Assembly: GCA_048496795.1 (NCBI GenBank)
Contig: JBGCXB010000002.1
Location: forward strand, 20,621-84,620
Direction: 5' to 3'
DNA: 64,000 bases
Source of the DNA: Aaplasma endosymbiont of Hyalomma asiaticum
GTDB taxonomy: Bacteria; Pseudomonadota; Alphaproteobacteria; Rickettsiales; Anaplasmataceae
Shown: positions 39,963 to 50,500 of the stretch, piece after piece
Numbering within the stretch: the first letter of the stretch is position 1
How the letters are laid out: the number at the start of each line of letters is the position of its first letter
Made by a program: the position numbers and the translations under genes
Notes under the pieces: generated by a model
What the model was told of the DNA's origin: nothing
Databases searched by the model: none
Seen by the model: only the letters and a program-made list of their open reading frames with translations

Positions 39963-40943
39963 TTGTGGCTACGCTTACAGTTTTTCTCAATCATGGTGTA
40001 CCCTTTTATGTGTATAGGTAAAATAGATATTGACGTATTTAAAAATAGTAGAATCGTATACTTCATCGCTATAGTGGCAATATTTTTGTTTTCTATTAAT
40101 GCACGTGCTAGTAGCGATGGTGCTATTGTTGGGTTATTGTCAACCAAGTACCCTACCTATGAGGGGGAATACAGGACAGCTAGTGGTATCAAGGAACTAC
40201 TGCTGAAGTTGGGCGCCAAGGGAGTTGTCCTTGTAGACTACAATGTTATAATGAGTGAACTAGGCTACGATGCCAGTCTGGGGGAAATTGCTGGTCATTT
40301 GGACGAATTCTTGCGTAAAAACAATATAGATAGAATTTTTATTCCTGGAAATAAGTACAACATAAGTAGCCCTCCGTACCCTCCGGTCCCTTACAGGCAA
40401 ATGGTTACAGATGCTGTGGTGAATGTTATGGAACGTAGAGGCGACCTGAAGCTTCTTGCGATTTGTGGCGGACTTCAGGGAGTGTTACACGCGCAGAAAG
40501 TAAAGGTAAAAAGGGTGCAGGACATATTGCGCTCTTATGAAATGGCAGAGTTGCACGTTTCTTCAACACATGATTTAAGAGAATACGGGGCATCATTACA
40601 CAGAGTTTTTGCTGTGCCAGGGAGCAAGCTAGCGGAAATCATAAGGAGAGTAAGGGGTGAAAAAAATGGTCCCCTTGAGTTTTATGTTCCTGACATGCAC
40701 AGAGAGGCAATTAGCACGAGCAGTGACAATAAGAATAGGTTAAAAGAACTTGGGTACACAATATCAGCGGTTTCCGACGATGGAATTGTTGAGGGGGTCG
40801 AAGACAGCAGAGGAAACATGCTTCTTCAAATGCATCCGGAGTATCTTTTGATGGGTATGGAAGAAAAAATGGGTCAGCATCCAGAAGTGGATATTTCAAT
40901 TCAAATTGCAAAAAGTATCATCGAAAATTTTCTAGCTCACTAG
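39963..40943 (+). CDS. class I glutamine amidotransferase-like / peptidase C26 family protein with N-terminal signal or anchor
   Basis: Nucleophile elbow LLAICGGLQGV and LQMHPEY (His-Glu of the triad). N-terminal hydrophobic IVYFIAIVAIFLFSINARA-SS. Confidence 0.6.
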   Translation: MWLRLQFFSIMVYPFMCIGKIDIDVFKNSRIVYFIAIVAIFLFSINARASSDGAIVGLLSTKYPTYEGEYRTASGIKELLLKLGAKGVVLVDYNVIMSELGYDASLGEIAGHLDEFLRKNNIDRIFIPGNKYNISSPPYPPVPYRQMVTDAVVNVMERRGDLKLLAICGGLQGVLHAQKVKVKRVQDILRSYEMAELHVSSTHDLREYGASLHRVFAVPGSKLAEIIRRVRGEKNGPLEFYVPDMHREAISTSSDNKNRLKELGYTISAVSDDGIVEGVEDSRGNMLLQMHPEYLLMGMEEKMGQHPEVDISIQIAKSIIENFLAH

Positions 40944-41152
40944 GTGTGCTCTATTATCACACATGCTGTGCATAGCGTTGCTGTTCTGCTATAGTATCAT
41001 TCAGCATGGCCGAGCGGTCAGTTGTTTGTTTATCAAGTGTTGGCCTTGGTGTACCGGTAGGTGCTTGAGATGCGTAAGGAGTATTGTTCCTTGGATGTAT
41101 ACTTTTGCGCGTGGATGAGAAGGAAAAGGTTAGTTGTGAATAGGGTAGTGCT

Positions 41153-43129
41153 GTGATAGTGGAAGTAGCGCTACCGATTTCCATAGACAAGACGCTGTAT
41201 TACTCCGTAGAAAGCGATATGCAGCTTGAAATAGGGGACTATGTCATGGTTCCCTTGAGCAGTAGGCAAGCTGTGGGATTGGTCGTAGATATCAAAAATG
41301 AGATTGATCCTGAAATGGAGCTGAAAAGCGTTATTAATAAGCTCTGCCTTCCGGCTATGAAGGGGTATCTAATAAGATTTATACAATGGGTCAGCAGCTA
41401 TAACATCATACCCATAGGCATGGTGCTGAAAATGGTATTTGGCGGTATGCCAAGGGGGAAATTTTTATCTTCTGTGTATTTGCAAGAAGCTAGCGCGTGC
41501 TCTGAGCATGACAGTGGTTTAGAATGCACTTTACCTGAATTGTCCGCGGAACAGGACGCCGCGTGCAATAGCATTATCGGAAAAGGAAGGGGATTTTCAG
41601 TTACAGTATTAGATGGTAAAACCGGGTCAGGAAAGACGGAGGTTTACTGCACGGTAGCCAAAAGGTACTTACACGAGCACCATGATGCACAGATATTGGT
41701 ACTTTTGCCGGAAATAGTTTTGGCTACTCAATTGATGAAGCGCATTAATGACTATTTTGCCAATTATCGTCCTATCGAATGGCACTCGGGTTTGACAGTT
41801 AAAAAACGCAGAGTGAACTGGATTTCTGCTGCATGTGGAACCACTTCAATTGTTGTTGGTGCTAGGTCGGCGCTATTCCTCCCGTTCAAGAATCTTAGGA
41901 TGATCATCGTGGATGAAGAACATGAATCCTCATACAAGCAGGATTATGGGATGATTTACAACGCGCGCGATATGGCAATAGTTCTGGCAAAACAAGCAGA
42001 TGTTCCTGTGATTTTGTGTTCCGCTACTCCTGCACTGGAAACCATGCACAACGTTTTGCAGGGTAAATACCATCACGTTATTCTACAACGCAGATTTGGA
42101 GCTGCTGTTATGCCAGATATTGTTGTTGCGGACATGCGTAAAGATGTGTTGAAAAAGTCGTGGCTTTCCACGTGTCTGCACGACAAGATTGTGGCTACCC
42201 TCAAAAAGGGACAACAAGTCATGTTGTTTCTAAACCGCAGAGGGTATGCAAGATTGGTGTTGTGTAAAAAATGTGGGAACAAGATAAATTGCCCTAATTG
42301 TTGCACTTGGCTAGCGGAGCACAGGATGCTAGGAATGTTAATGTGCCACTATTGCGCTTACACCTGTGTAATATCTAAGCAGTGCTCAAACTGCCAGGAA
42401 TACAACACAATGATAGCGTATGGGGTGGGGATTGAAAGAATCGCAGAAGGTATAGCAGAATTAATTCCTGGAGCAAGAACTGCAATAATGAGCAGTGACT
42501 TGGGTATGAGAGATGCAAACAATGTAATGGAACAAGCTTTAACGGGAAATATTGACATAATTATTGGTACGCAAATAATAGCAAAGGGGCACAATTTCCC
42601 CAAGCTAACTCTTGTGGGTGTAGTAGATGCAGATTTGGGACTAGGGAATAGTGACCTCAGGGCTACTGAAAAAACATATCAGCTTCTCCAGCAGGTTTCA
42701 GGTCGTTCTGGTAGGTATGAAGAAAAAGGAGAAGTTGTTTTGCAGACATATGATCCAGAGAGCTCAATCATAAAATCTCTGTTATCAGACAACCGCGAAG
42801 ATTTTTATAACGTGGAGCTGGAATCCAGAAAAAACGCCGACATGCCTCCTTATACCAGGTTGGTCTCCATAATAGTATCGGGAAATGATGAGCACAGAGT
42901 ACTTGAAGCTGCTAATGGTATAGCAATGCGTATAGCAGGTAAAATCACAGTTTGGGGACCTGCTCCGGCGTCTTTGAGTTTTATTAATAATATGCACAGG
43001 TATAGAATACTACTGAAAGTACACAATGTTGCTGCTTTAAGGGGCTTCTTAACGAAATGTAGGGAGAAGTACAAAAAGTCGCGGTACGTACGTGTTGCAA
43101 TTGATGTTGATCCTATGAATTTTGCATAG
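41153..43129 (+). CDS. priA: primosomal replication protein N' (PriA helicase)
   Basis: Walker A GKTGSGKTEVY, DEEHE box, and Cys-rich zinc-binding region CKKCGNKINCPNC...CHYC...CSNC. Confidence 0.92.
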   Translation: MIVEVALPISIDKTLYYSVESDMQLEIGDYVMVPLSSRQAVGLVVDIKNEIDPEMELKSVINKLCLPAMKGYLIRFIQWVSSYNIIPIGMVLKMVFGGMPRGKFLSSVYLQEASACSEHDSGLECTLPELSAEQDAACNSIIGKGRGFSVTVLDGKTGSGKTEVYCTVAKRYLHEHHDAQILVLLPEIVLATQLMKRINDYFANYRPIEWHSGLTVKKRRVNWISAACGTTSIVVGARSALFLPFKNLRMIIVDEEHESSYKQDYGMIYNARDMAIVLAKQADVPVILCSATPALETMHNVLQGKYHHVILQRRFGAAVMPDIVVADMRKDVLKKSWLSTCLHDKIVATLKKGQQVMLFLNRRGYARLVLCKKCGNKINCPNCCTWLAEHRMLGMLMCHYCAYTCVISKQCSNCQEYNTMIAYGVGIERIAEGIAELIPGARTAIMSSDLGMRDANNVMEQALTGNIDIIIGTQIIAKGHNFPKLTLVGVVDADLGLGNSDLRATEKTYQLLQQVSGRSGRYEEKGEVVLQTYDPESSIIKSLLSDNREDFYNVELESRKNADMPPYTRLVSIIVSGNDEHRVLEAANGIAMRIAGKITVWGPAPASLSFINNMHRYRILLKVHNVAALRGFLTKCREKYKKSRYVRVAIDVDPMNFA

Positions 43130-43152
43130 TGTTTACGCCATTATGGTTTTGA

Positions 43153-43182
43153 ATTGCGCTTCAAAGCGCAGTTTGTCTTCTT
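43153..43182 (+). terminator. candidate intrinsic terminator downstream of priA
   Basis: Hairpin ATTGCGCT-TCAA-AGCGCAGT (8 bp with one G-U) followed by TTGTCTTCTT, 24 nt after the priA stop. Confidence 0.4.
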
Positions 43183-43273
43183 GCATGTGGTTTTAGCCAT
43201 TATGCAAAATGTATACGAGCCAAAAGCGGAGGACATAAAATTCTCCTAACCAATGTGCTTGGTTTACTACATT

Positions 43274-43320
43274 CAATATTGCAAAGCATCAACCAATACT
43301 GCCTTTTATAAAATTTATAA
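43274..43320 (+). repeat. 47-bp inverted repeat, left copy
   Basis: CAATATTGCAAAGCATCAACCAATACTGCCTTTTATAAAATTTATAA is the exact reverse complement of 45239..45285. Confidence 0.9.
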
Positions 43321-43698
43321 TGACATTTCTCCGGAAAACTGATTTTAACTATGCGTTCCTACTGTAATTTTCAGAGAGGATAGGAGTTCCTTGTTAGTTA
43401 TGTGCGGGTAGTGTCATCACACGCTTTTCGGTGTGAAACATAAGTACATTGAGCGGTCATGGTCACGCAACTAGCTAAAAACAGCACGTGAACTTAGGTG
43501 TGTTTGATAGCGTTGTTCTGTCGGTATATGTATTGAAGTTCAATGTATTGTAACAATTTGTGGTGACACTCAGAAGGGTAGATTTCTGCTAGTGCTGCGG
43601 CTAAGGGTTTTGCCAAAGTAATTTCTAGGTAGGCTGTTGTTGACTACTTGTAGCATCTTGGTAGAATGAAGGTAGATTTGCTTTCGTGGGGGTTTTTG

Positions 43699-44010
43699 GT
43701 GAGTAGGGTTTGTGATATTACAGGGGCTTCTAAGTCCTTTGGTAATAAGGTCTCTCACTCTAATCGTAAAACCAAGAGGAGTTATTTGGTTAATCTTCAT
43801 AATGTAACTTTGGTTAGTGAGGTTCTGGGTAGAAAGTTTAAGGTCAAAGTTGCCAGTCGTACGCTGCGTACGATAGACTACAAGGGTGGACTTGATCTTT
43901 ATCTCATTAACACTTCCTCTAGAAAGTTGACCGAGGCTGCTCGTAAGATTAAGAGGAAGGTTAAGGCTGCTATTGCCTCCGGTAAGTCACTCCAGGTTAG
44001 TGTTCTGTAG
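43699..44010 (+). CDS. rpmB: 50S ribosomal protein L28
   Basis: The GTG start gives (M)SRVCDITGASKSFGNKVSHSNRKTKR, a canonical L28 N-terminus. The ORF-track start at 43666 is an extension. Confidence 0.88.
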   Translation: MSRVCDITGASKSFGNKVSHSNRKTKRSYLVNLHNVTLVSEVLGRKFKVKVASRTLRTIDYKGGLDLYLINTSSRKLTEAARKIKRKVKAAIASGKSLQVSVL

Positions 44011-44059
44011 CGTGGTTTTGCTCTCGCAAGCCTTAGGCAGGTCTCCCTATCAAGAGTTC

Positions 44060-45028
44060 TCACGGTGTGTGATACAATAGCGCTGATATAAGGTTTTGGA
44101 TGTCCTCTCCCGGTTCTGATAGGAAGCACAACTGCTTGTTTGATTCGGGGTGGTTGAATTTTAACAGCGACGCATGTAGGGCTTGCCTTCCGAAATTGCG
44201 CGCATGAATGGATGAACACCCGAGGCTCTTTTTTGTATTCTTGCCGTATTTTTGGTCGCCTATTATGGAGTGTCCTATGTGGCTCATATGTACTCTGATC
44301 TGGTGTGTCCTTCCTGTGTGTAAAATGCACTTCACTAAGCTCGCCACGGTTCCCAAGGTTTCTTCTACATGATATTCAGTGCAAGCCGATTTTCCCCTGT
44401 TGTACGTGACCTCCATCATGGTTCTGTCGGACTTTTTTACATCTAAATTTGTTTCCACCAAGCCGTGTTTTTTGTGAGGAATGCCCCAAATCAATGCGGT
44501 GTATTCCTTAGCGACTTTTCTTTCTTCGAATGCTTTAGATAAAGTAAAAAAAGCTTCCTGAGTTTTTGTAGCAACCATTAGCCCACTAGTGTCTTTATCT
44601 AGCCTATGAACTATTCCTGGTCGTCTACTGCTGCCAACCGAGCAAATAGAATTTCCACAATGGGCAACGAGTGCATTGGCAACTGTGATATTCTTTGTGC
44701 CCGATCCGTAGTGTGTGGGTAAATTCGGGGGTTTGTCTATTACTATGATGTGGGAATCTTCGTACACTATTTTTAGGGGGATGTTGTAATTTGGGTATGT
44801 AGAACATTCCGTATCATTCTTGTCATCTGAAACTGTCACTACGTACACGTTGCCAACTTTGGTAATGTGGCTATTGTCACACACAGGCATGCCATGAAAT
44901 TCTACGCGTCCCTGTTCTATCATGTGTTGTGCTTTGTTTCGCGATGTACCTACAACAGATGCAACCAACACATCAAGGCGCTTTTTTACATTGCAATGAT
45001 CGACGATTATAGTATGTTTGCGGGTCAT
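44060..45028 (-). CDS. rluD: RluA-family 23S rRNA pseudouridine synthase (RluD-like, with S4 domain)
   Basis: N-terminal S4-like KRLDVLV...SRNKAQHMIEQGRV, catalytic HRLDKDTSGLMV, and HTGRTHQIRVH. Confidence 0.85.
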   Translation of the reverse strand: MTRKHTIIVDHCNVKKRLDVLVASVVGTSRNKAQHMIEQGRVEFHGMPVCDNSHITKVGNVYVVTVSDDKNDTECSTYPNYNIPLKIVYEDSHIIVIDKPPNLPTHYGSGTKNITVANALVAHCGNSICSVGSSRRPGIVHRLDKDTSGLMVATKTQEAFFTLSKAFEERKVAKEYTALIWGIPHKKHGLVETNLDVKKSDRTMMEVTYNRGKSACTEYHVEETLGTVASLVKCILHTGRTHQIRVHMSHIGHSIIGDQKYGKNTKKSLGCSSIHARNFGRQALHASLLKFNHPESNKQLCFLSEPGEDIQNLISALLYHTP

Positions 45029-45238
45029 ATGAGCTTTACGTACATATCATTTCGATCAGAACACAACTTGATATACTGTTCTGGAAACTAGTATATTCAT
45101 TTTCCGTCATTTTTACATTTGCCTTTGTGTTTGGAATGGGTTCGACAAGTATACTTTTTCCCATTGGTAGGTAATTCTTGCATAGAGTATGTTGTTATTT
45201 GTGGAAGGTCTCATGTAACATATCGCGGGGTATATCAG

Positions 45239-45285
45239 TTATAAATTTTATAAAAGGCAGTATTGGTTGATGCTTTGCAATATTG
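45239..45285 (-). repeat. 47-bp inverted repeat, right copy
   Basis: Exact reverse complement of 43274..43320. It lies in the rluD / pccA divergent intergenic region. Confidence 0.9.
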
Positions 45286-45445
45286 ATTGTTGTTTCGTGA
45301 TAGTGATAAGACCATGCCTGTTCTTCTTGTTTATGGGTAAAAATATTGTTTGCAGAGTGGTGGCGCGAATGTAGAATCTGGTTGCGGTGTTGCCACTGCT
45401 GTGGGAGGCTGCGAGCCTTTTTGTTTAAATTTATCTGTTAGCTAC

Positions 45446-47431
45446 ATGATAAAAAGAATACTGATTGCAAATAGAGGAGAGATAGCATGCAGGATTGCCC
45501 GCACGGCTCGTCGTATGGGCATATGGAGCGTAGGTGTCTACTCTGATGCAGATAAGGGGGCTTTGCACACACAGTGTGTGGATGAGGCTGTTTACATAGG
45601 TCCAAGTCAGGCCAGCAAGAGTTACTTAAACATAGAGAAGATGTGTGGTGCCGCTGTCAGCAGTAGAGTAGATGCTGTGCACCCGGGTTATGGATTTCTT
45701 TCTGAAAATGCAGAATTTCCCGAGAAGTTGTCAGAGTGTAATGTAGGGTTTATAGGCCCAGCACCGTCATCCATGCGTATGATGGGTGATAAAGTTGTAT
45801 CGAAGAAAATAGCCAAAGATGCTGGTGTGGCAGTTGTGCCGGGATATATGGGTGTTGTAGACACTGCAGCAGAAGCTTTAGATATAGCCAAGTCTGTTGG
45901 GTTTCCTGTAATGATAAAAGCCGCAGCTGGCGGCGGCGGTAAGGGCATGAGGATTGTAAGATCCGCAAATGACATGGAGCAGGCATTTTCTTCAGCAACA
46001 AATGAAGCGGAAAAAAGCTTTAGTGATCGCAGGATATTTATTGAAAAGTATGTGGAATGTCCCAGGCACATAGAGATACAAATTATTGCAGACAAGTTGG
46101 GCAACATAGTATGTCTGGGGGAAAGAGAATGCTCCATTCAGAGAAATAACCAGAAAGTTATAGAAGAGACACCCAGCCCGTTCTTGGATGAAAAAACCAG
46201 ACAGTCGATGTATACGCAGTGTATCGGATTGGCAAAAAAAGTGGGGTATTTCTCTGTAGGGACTGTGGAGTTCATTGTGGATACCGAGAGGAATTTTTAT
46301 TTTCTAGAGATGAATACCAGGCTGCAAGTGGAGCATCCAGTAACCGAGCTTGTTACCGGTATAGACCTGGTGGAAGAAATGATTAAAATCGCTGAAGGAG
46401 AGCCACTGTCGTTTTCACAGGAAGATGTGCGATTTGTTGGTTCTGCCATTGAGGCAAGAGTTTACGCGGAAGACCCAAGCAAGGGATTTTTGCCTTCTAG
46501 TGGAAGAATAACACATTATCAGGAACCTTTTACCGGTGTTAATCTAAGAATAGACAGCGGGGTTACAGAGGGGTCTCAAGTGAGCATGTTTTATGACCCT
46601 ATGATCGCAAAGGTATCGTCTTGGAGTGAAAGTAGGGTGGAAGCTATAAAGGTTATGAGGAAATCACTATCTAGCTTCTACATCGATGGCGTTGTTAACA
46701 ATGTTGATTTTTTGTTGTCAGTTTTTTGTAACGATGCATTTGTTGCTGGAAACATAAATACGGGGTTTATTGCGCAATTCTATAAGTCAGGTTTTAAAGG
46801 TGATTGTATTACCCAAGAAATAGGACAGATTTTTGCCTATACACTCATGTACATTTATTTGTGTGAAGAGGTAAGGAACTACGGAAAAAATAACATAAGT
46901 GCGAAGGTGTGTATAAGGGTAGGTGATCTAAAATACCATATAAAGGGGCGGTGTATTGACGGGCGCATGTTTGCCATACTAGGTGACCAGCAGGATTACG
47001 TTGAGTTATCAGGTGAGTGGCTGGGTAACTACAAGATGCTGTCTATACGGATAGGTGAAGACGTGCATTGCATAAAGGTTGGTAGAAGATCAAGCAGGTA
47101 CCATCTGAAGTACATGGCGGTTGATGCTGTGTGTACCGTATATGAGGAAGATGTTGATGCATTTCTTGATTTTATGCCGGACGATCAGGAAGATGAAATA
47201 TCGCATGATGAAGTTGTCTCTCCTATTGCGGGGATGATTGCAGATATACGTGTAAAGAAAGGTGACAAAGTAAGCATTGGCCAGCCCATACTTGTGATCG
47301 AAGCCATGAAAATGGAAAATCTAATATGTTCGGAAGTGGAGGCCGAAGTGGGAGAAGTTTTGTCGGCTCCTGGTAACAGTGTAGTTCAGGGAGAGGTCAT
47401 ACTCAAATTTGTTAAGCAAGACAAAGCTTGA
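45446..47431 (+). CDS. pccA: biotin-dependent acyl-CoA carboxylase alpha subunit (biotin carboxylase + BCCP; propionyl-CoA carboxylase alpha-like)
   Basis: MIKRILIANRGEIACRI start, ATP-grasp KAAAGGGGKGMR, EMNTRLQVEHPVTE, and C-terminal biotinyl-lysine motif EAMKMEN. Confidence 0.82.
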   Translation: MIKRILIANRGEIACRIARTARRMGIWSVGVYSDADKGALHTQCVDEAVYIGPSQASKSYLNIEKMCGAAVSSRVDAVHPGYGFLSENAEFPEKLSECNVGFIGPAPSSMRMMGDKVVSKKIAKDAGVAVVPGYMGVVDTAAEALDIAKSVGFPVMIKAAAGGGGKGMRIVRSANDMEQAFSSATNEAEKSFSDRRIFIEKYVECPRHIEIQIIADKLGNIVCLGERECSIQRNNQKVIEETPSPFLDEKTRQSMYTQCIGLAKKVGYFSVGTVEFIVDTERNFYFLEMNTRLQVEHPVTELVTGIDLVEEMIKIAEGEPLSFSQEDVRFVGSAIEARVYAEDPSKGFLPSSGRITHYQEPFTGVNLRIDSGVTEGSQVSMFYDPMIAKVSSWSESRVEAIKVMRKSLSSFYIDGVVNNVDFLLSVFCNDAFVAGNINTGFIAQFYKSGFKGDCITQEIGQIFAYTLMYIYLCEEVRNYGKNNISAKVCIRVGDLKYHIKGRCIDGRMFAILGDQQDYVELSGEWLGNYKMLSIRIGEDVHCIKVGRRSSRYHLKYMAVDAVCTVYEEDVDAFLDFMPDDQEDEISHDEVVSPIAGMIADIRVKKGDKVSIGQPILVIEAMKMENLICSEVEAEVGEVLSAPGNSVVQGEVILKFVKQDKA

Positions 47432-47545
47432 AAAAGCGCTAGATGTACATTTTTAATATGTGCTCAATTTGGCCGAGGTCTCACCCCTTTAGTGTGTTCT
47501 AAACATTCCGGAATTTTGTTCTAACAAAGTGCCGGAAGAGGAAAG

Positions 47546-50500
47546 TTGCGTTTCTTGGTTCTTTGTGTTGGAGGACTGGTCGTGTTGCTGATAAGGAATT
47601 CTGGAAATCCAAGTCTCAGGTCCTACATTGAATGTATAACGAAGGGCATGATTACCGGCAAAGCTCGGGAGAATATTTTTGATTTTGTTATAGATTGTAA
47701 GTACGGTCTCGAACTTTCTGCATTGCTTTCCGTTTTACCTGCTTGTGTGAGTGAGCGCTACTCCGATAAATGCGTAGTTAAGATAAAGAAATCCGACCTG
47801 ATAAGGCACATGATAAACATGCGTAACCCGCTGAGGTATGCATGTCAAGACGAGTACAGCGCGATGTTAGCGATGTACATGGTATTGGATTTTACAAGTT
47901 TATTTAAGAGTTATGCTGAAAACCTGTATGTTCTGGATGACCAGGGCTTTGTTCACGATAGGCGTTCTGGTGCCGGAAGATTTCAGGAATTCTTAAATTA
48001 CTTAGGAGATAGGCATCCGGGGAGGTTGCCGCAACATATTCCCAATGGCCCAGAAACTTATCCGCTGTCTTTTCCCAATCCAGAACTTCTCAAGGGAGAG
48101 TTAAGATTTTCAAATTATGACACTAACTATGTTTTTAGTGATGCGGAAAACGCTCAAGACAGCGTACTGCTGAAAGCTGTACAAAAGAGGCTTACTAAGC
48201 TGCGACGAGTGGATTTCCAATGTGTTTCGGAAGGAAAAGACAGGCATCACGTGAGTGCTGTTACTTTGTGTATGGAGAGATTTGTAAATTCAGTCGCATG
48301 TGGTGCGAAGCAGAGGAAAAGGCTTGAAGTTTCGTGTGTTGATTTTGCAGTGGTGATGCGCGAAATCATTAATGACAGCGATGTTAGGTCATTTGTTGAA
48401 AAAGAGCTGTATACAAAGCAGCTAGAATATGCAGTGAACAAGATGCAGCAAGATTTCGATGCTGTAAAAAACGTTCACATAGGCTCTAGTAGTACTCCGA
48501 AGGTGGTAAGTGATCATGATAGTGAAATAGTAAGCAACGCAATAAATGCGCTAAAGAGTTTTAAAAAGCTTATTGAAAACAGGCATTTTTTTAGAATGTT
48601 CAACCAAGGTAAGGGAATATTGCAAGCGCAGAGGTATTTCAGATGTGTTAGATCTATGGTGGATGCTGAAATAGTTTTTCTGACCAGAAATATTGAAAAA
48701 CTTACAGCAGACGATTTGCGACTTTTTATAAGCGAAACTTGCAAGAATGTAAGCCATGACATAAACCAGCTGCTTACCATTTATGACCACTTTGTTACAG
48801 GAAGAACTGTGGACGTGGACGCTGTTGTGCGAGTTTCTAAAAGTGAGATAGCAGAACTTACTGACAATGTGAGGCGCTTTGTATCTCTATACGAGGAAAT
48901 TTATTATGAACTCTGTACGGGGGATGCGCTGTCTCTAGAAGAAGTTTCTACAAAAATTCTTCATGATAAGCAGGCGCATCTGAATTCCTGGGAAGAAAGC
49001 TTGTTGAACTTGGATAATCTGTCAAGAATTTTTACAGTGGATGGCAAGGGCAGATGGAATGTTAACAGCGGTAGCAGAAATGCACTGTTAATTGACAAAA
49101 TTGAATCACACGAACTGTGCGAAGTTATTCATAAGCTTAATTGTCATGACGATAATGATGTAAGAGGCATGGTATCGGATTTGTTTTCTGGACAAGTAAC
49201 TAATGAAAAAGTTTTTAGTGTTTTGAAGAAGGCAATAAAAAACCGTAAGCATGAATACATAGTTGATATTGAATATAGTCGCCTAATAGATTTTGTTAAG
49301 AGCGCGTATGAATTTTCAACCTATTTGCCATTTTGCTCTTTATGGTTACCGCTATTTAGTGTAGGAAGGTATAGAACTTACTCTAATCGAAGGGGAGAGG
49401 GAATAAAAGGGTGGTTCAGCACGAAAAATTCTTTAATCAGACATACAGAGTATTCGCTTAACATCTCTAAAAATCTAACTCTGCAGCCTTGTGAACAAAG
49501 GTTTGTTACAGGAGATTGTGATGCTGAGATGTTGCGTGGCGCTTTCAGAAAACGGCATAACATATCTGGGTATCAGGAAAGGTTTGTATATCTACTGAAA
49601 AAGTACCGACTTGCGTTGTACGTGCTATCAGCGCTGGTTGCTGTGTCTAGCATTAGTGTGGGAATTTTGGAAAACATGAGAGCTAATGATGTGGCGATTC
49701 CGGGGTTTTCATCAGTGCGGGGTATCTTCTTAGTACTAAAGATAATTTTTGACATTGCTGTGGCGATAATTGTACTCGACACGGTGGTAGAGAATTTCCT
49801 ACTGTTAATTATGAATTTTCTTGGTTTCATAGTTAGGGTAATTGACTTCATATTACTAGGTGGGCTTATATCAAGGGTTATCAGATTTGTTTTTTGTAAG
49901 TTGTGTGATGTGTGGGGTAGCATTTGCGAAGGGTTCATTGACATGTGTTTCCAACTACATACCTATGGGCTGAGAAATTCTCTTTTTCTGTTGCTGGACA
50001 AATTGTTCAATAGCGAACGTAGCGATAATTTGAGTAACAAATACGAAAGAGGCCTTGAGCCACGTGTTCCAGAGCTAAATCATGATGAAATGGCATATGC
50101 CCACCACACGTTGGATATAACCACAAATTTTGTTTGTGGAGATGGCACTGACATGAAAGGTCGAGAAAACTTTCGCGATATTCACCAATCAGCCGACATC
50201 TTGTCCTTATACCTGAACACAAGTGAAAAGTACAATGAGAGCTTTGGAAAATCACTAAAGCGTTCTTGTCACATAATGGCTAGCGAATTATACGGGAAAA
50301 AGGCAGAGGTTTCGCAAGTGTTAGCAGCATTTGCGGACACAATAAGTGAGGCACAGAGTACTGTGCTGCATAGAAACTATATAAAGCTCAGACAAGAGTT
50401 TTGCACTTTGTTGAACAGTTATCCTGAAGAATTGCGACTGCAGATTGTCAACCCAAATAATCCGACAATTTTTGATTCTCATCACAAAAGACGAGAGGTA

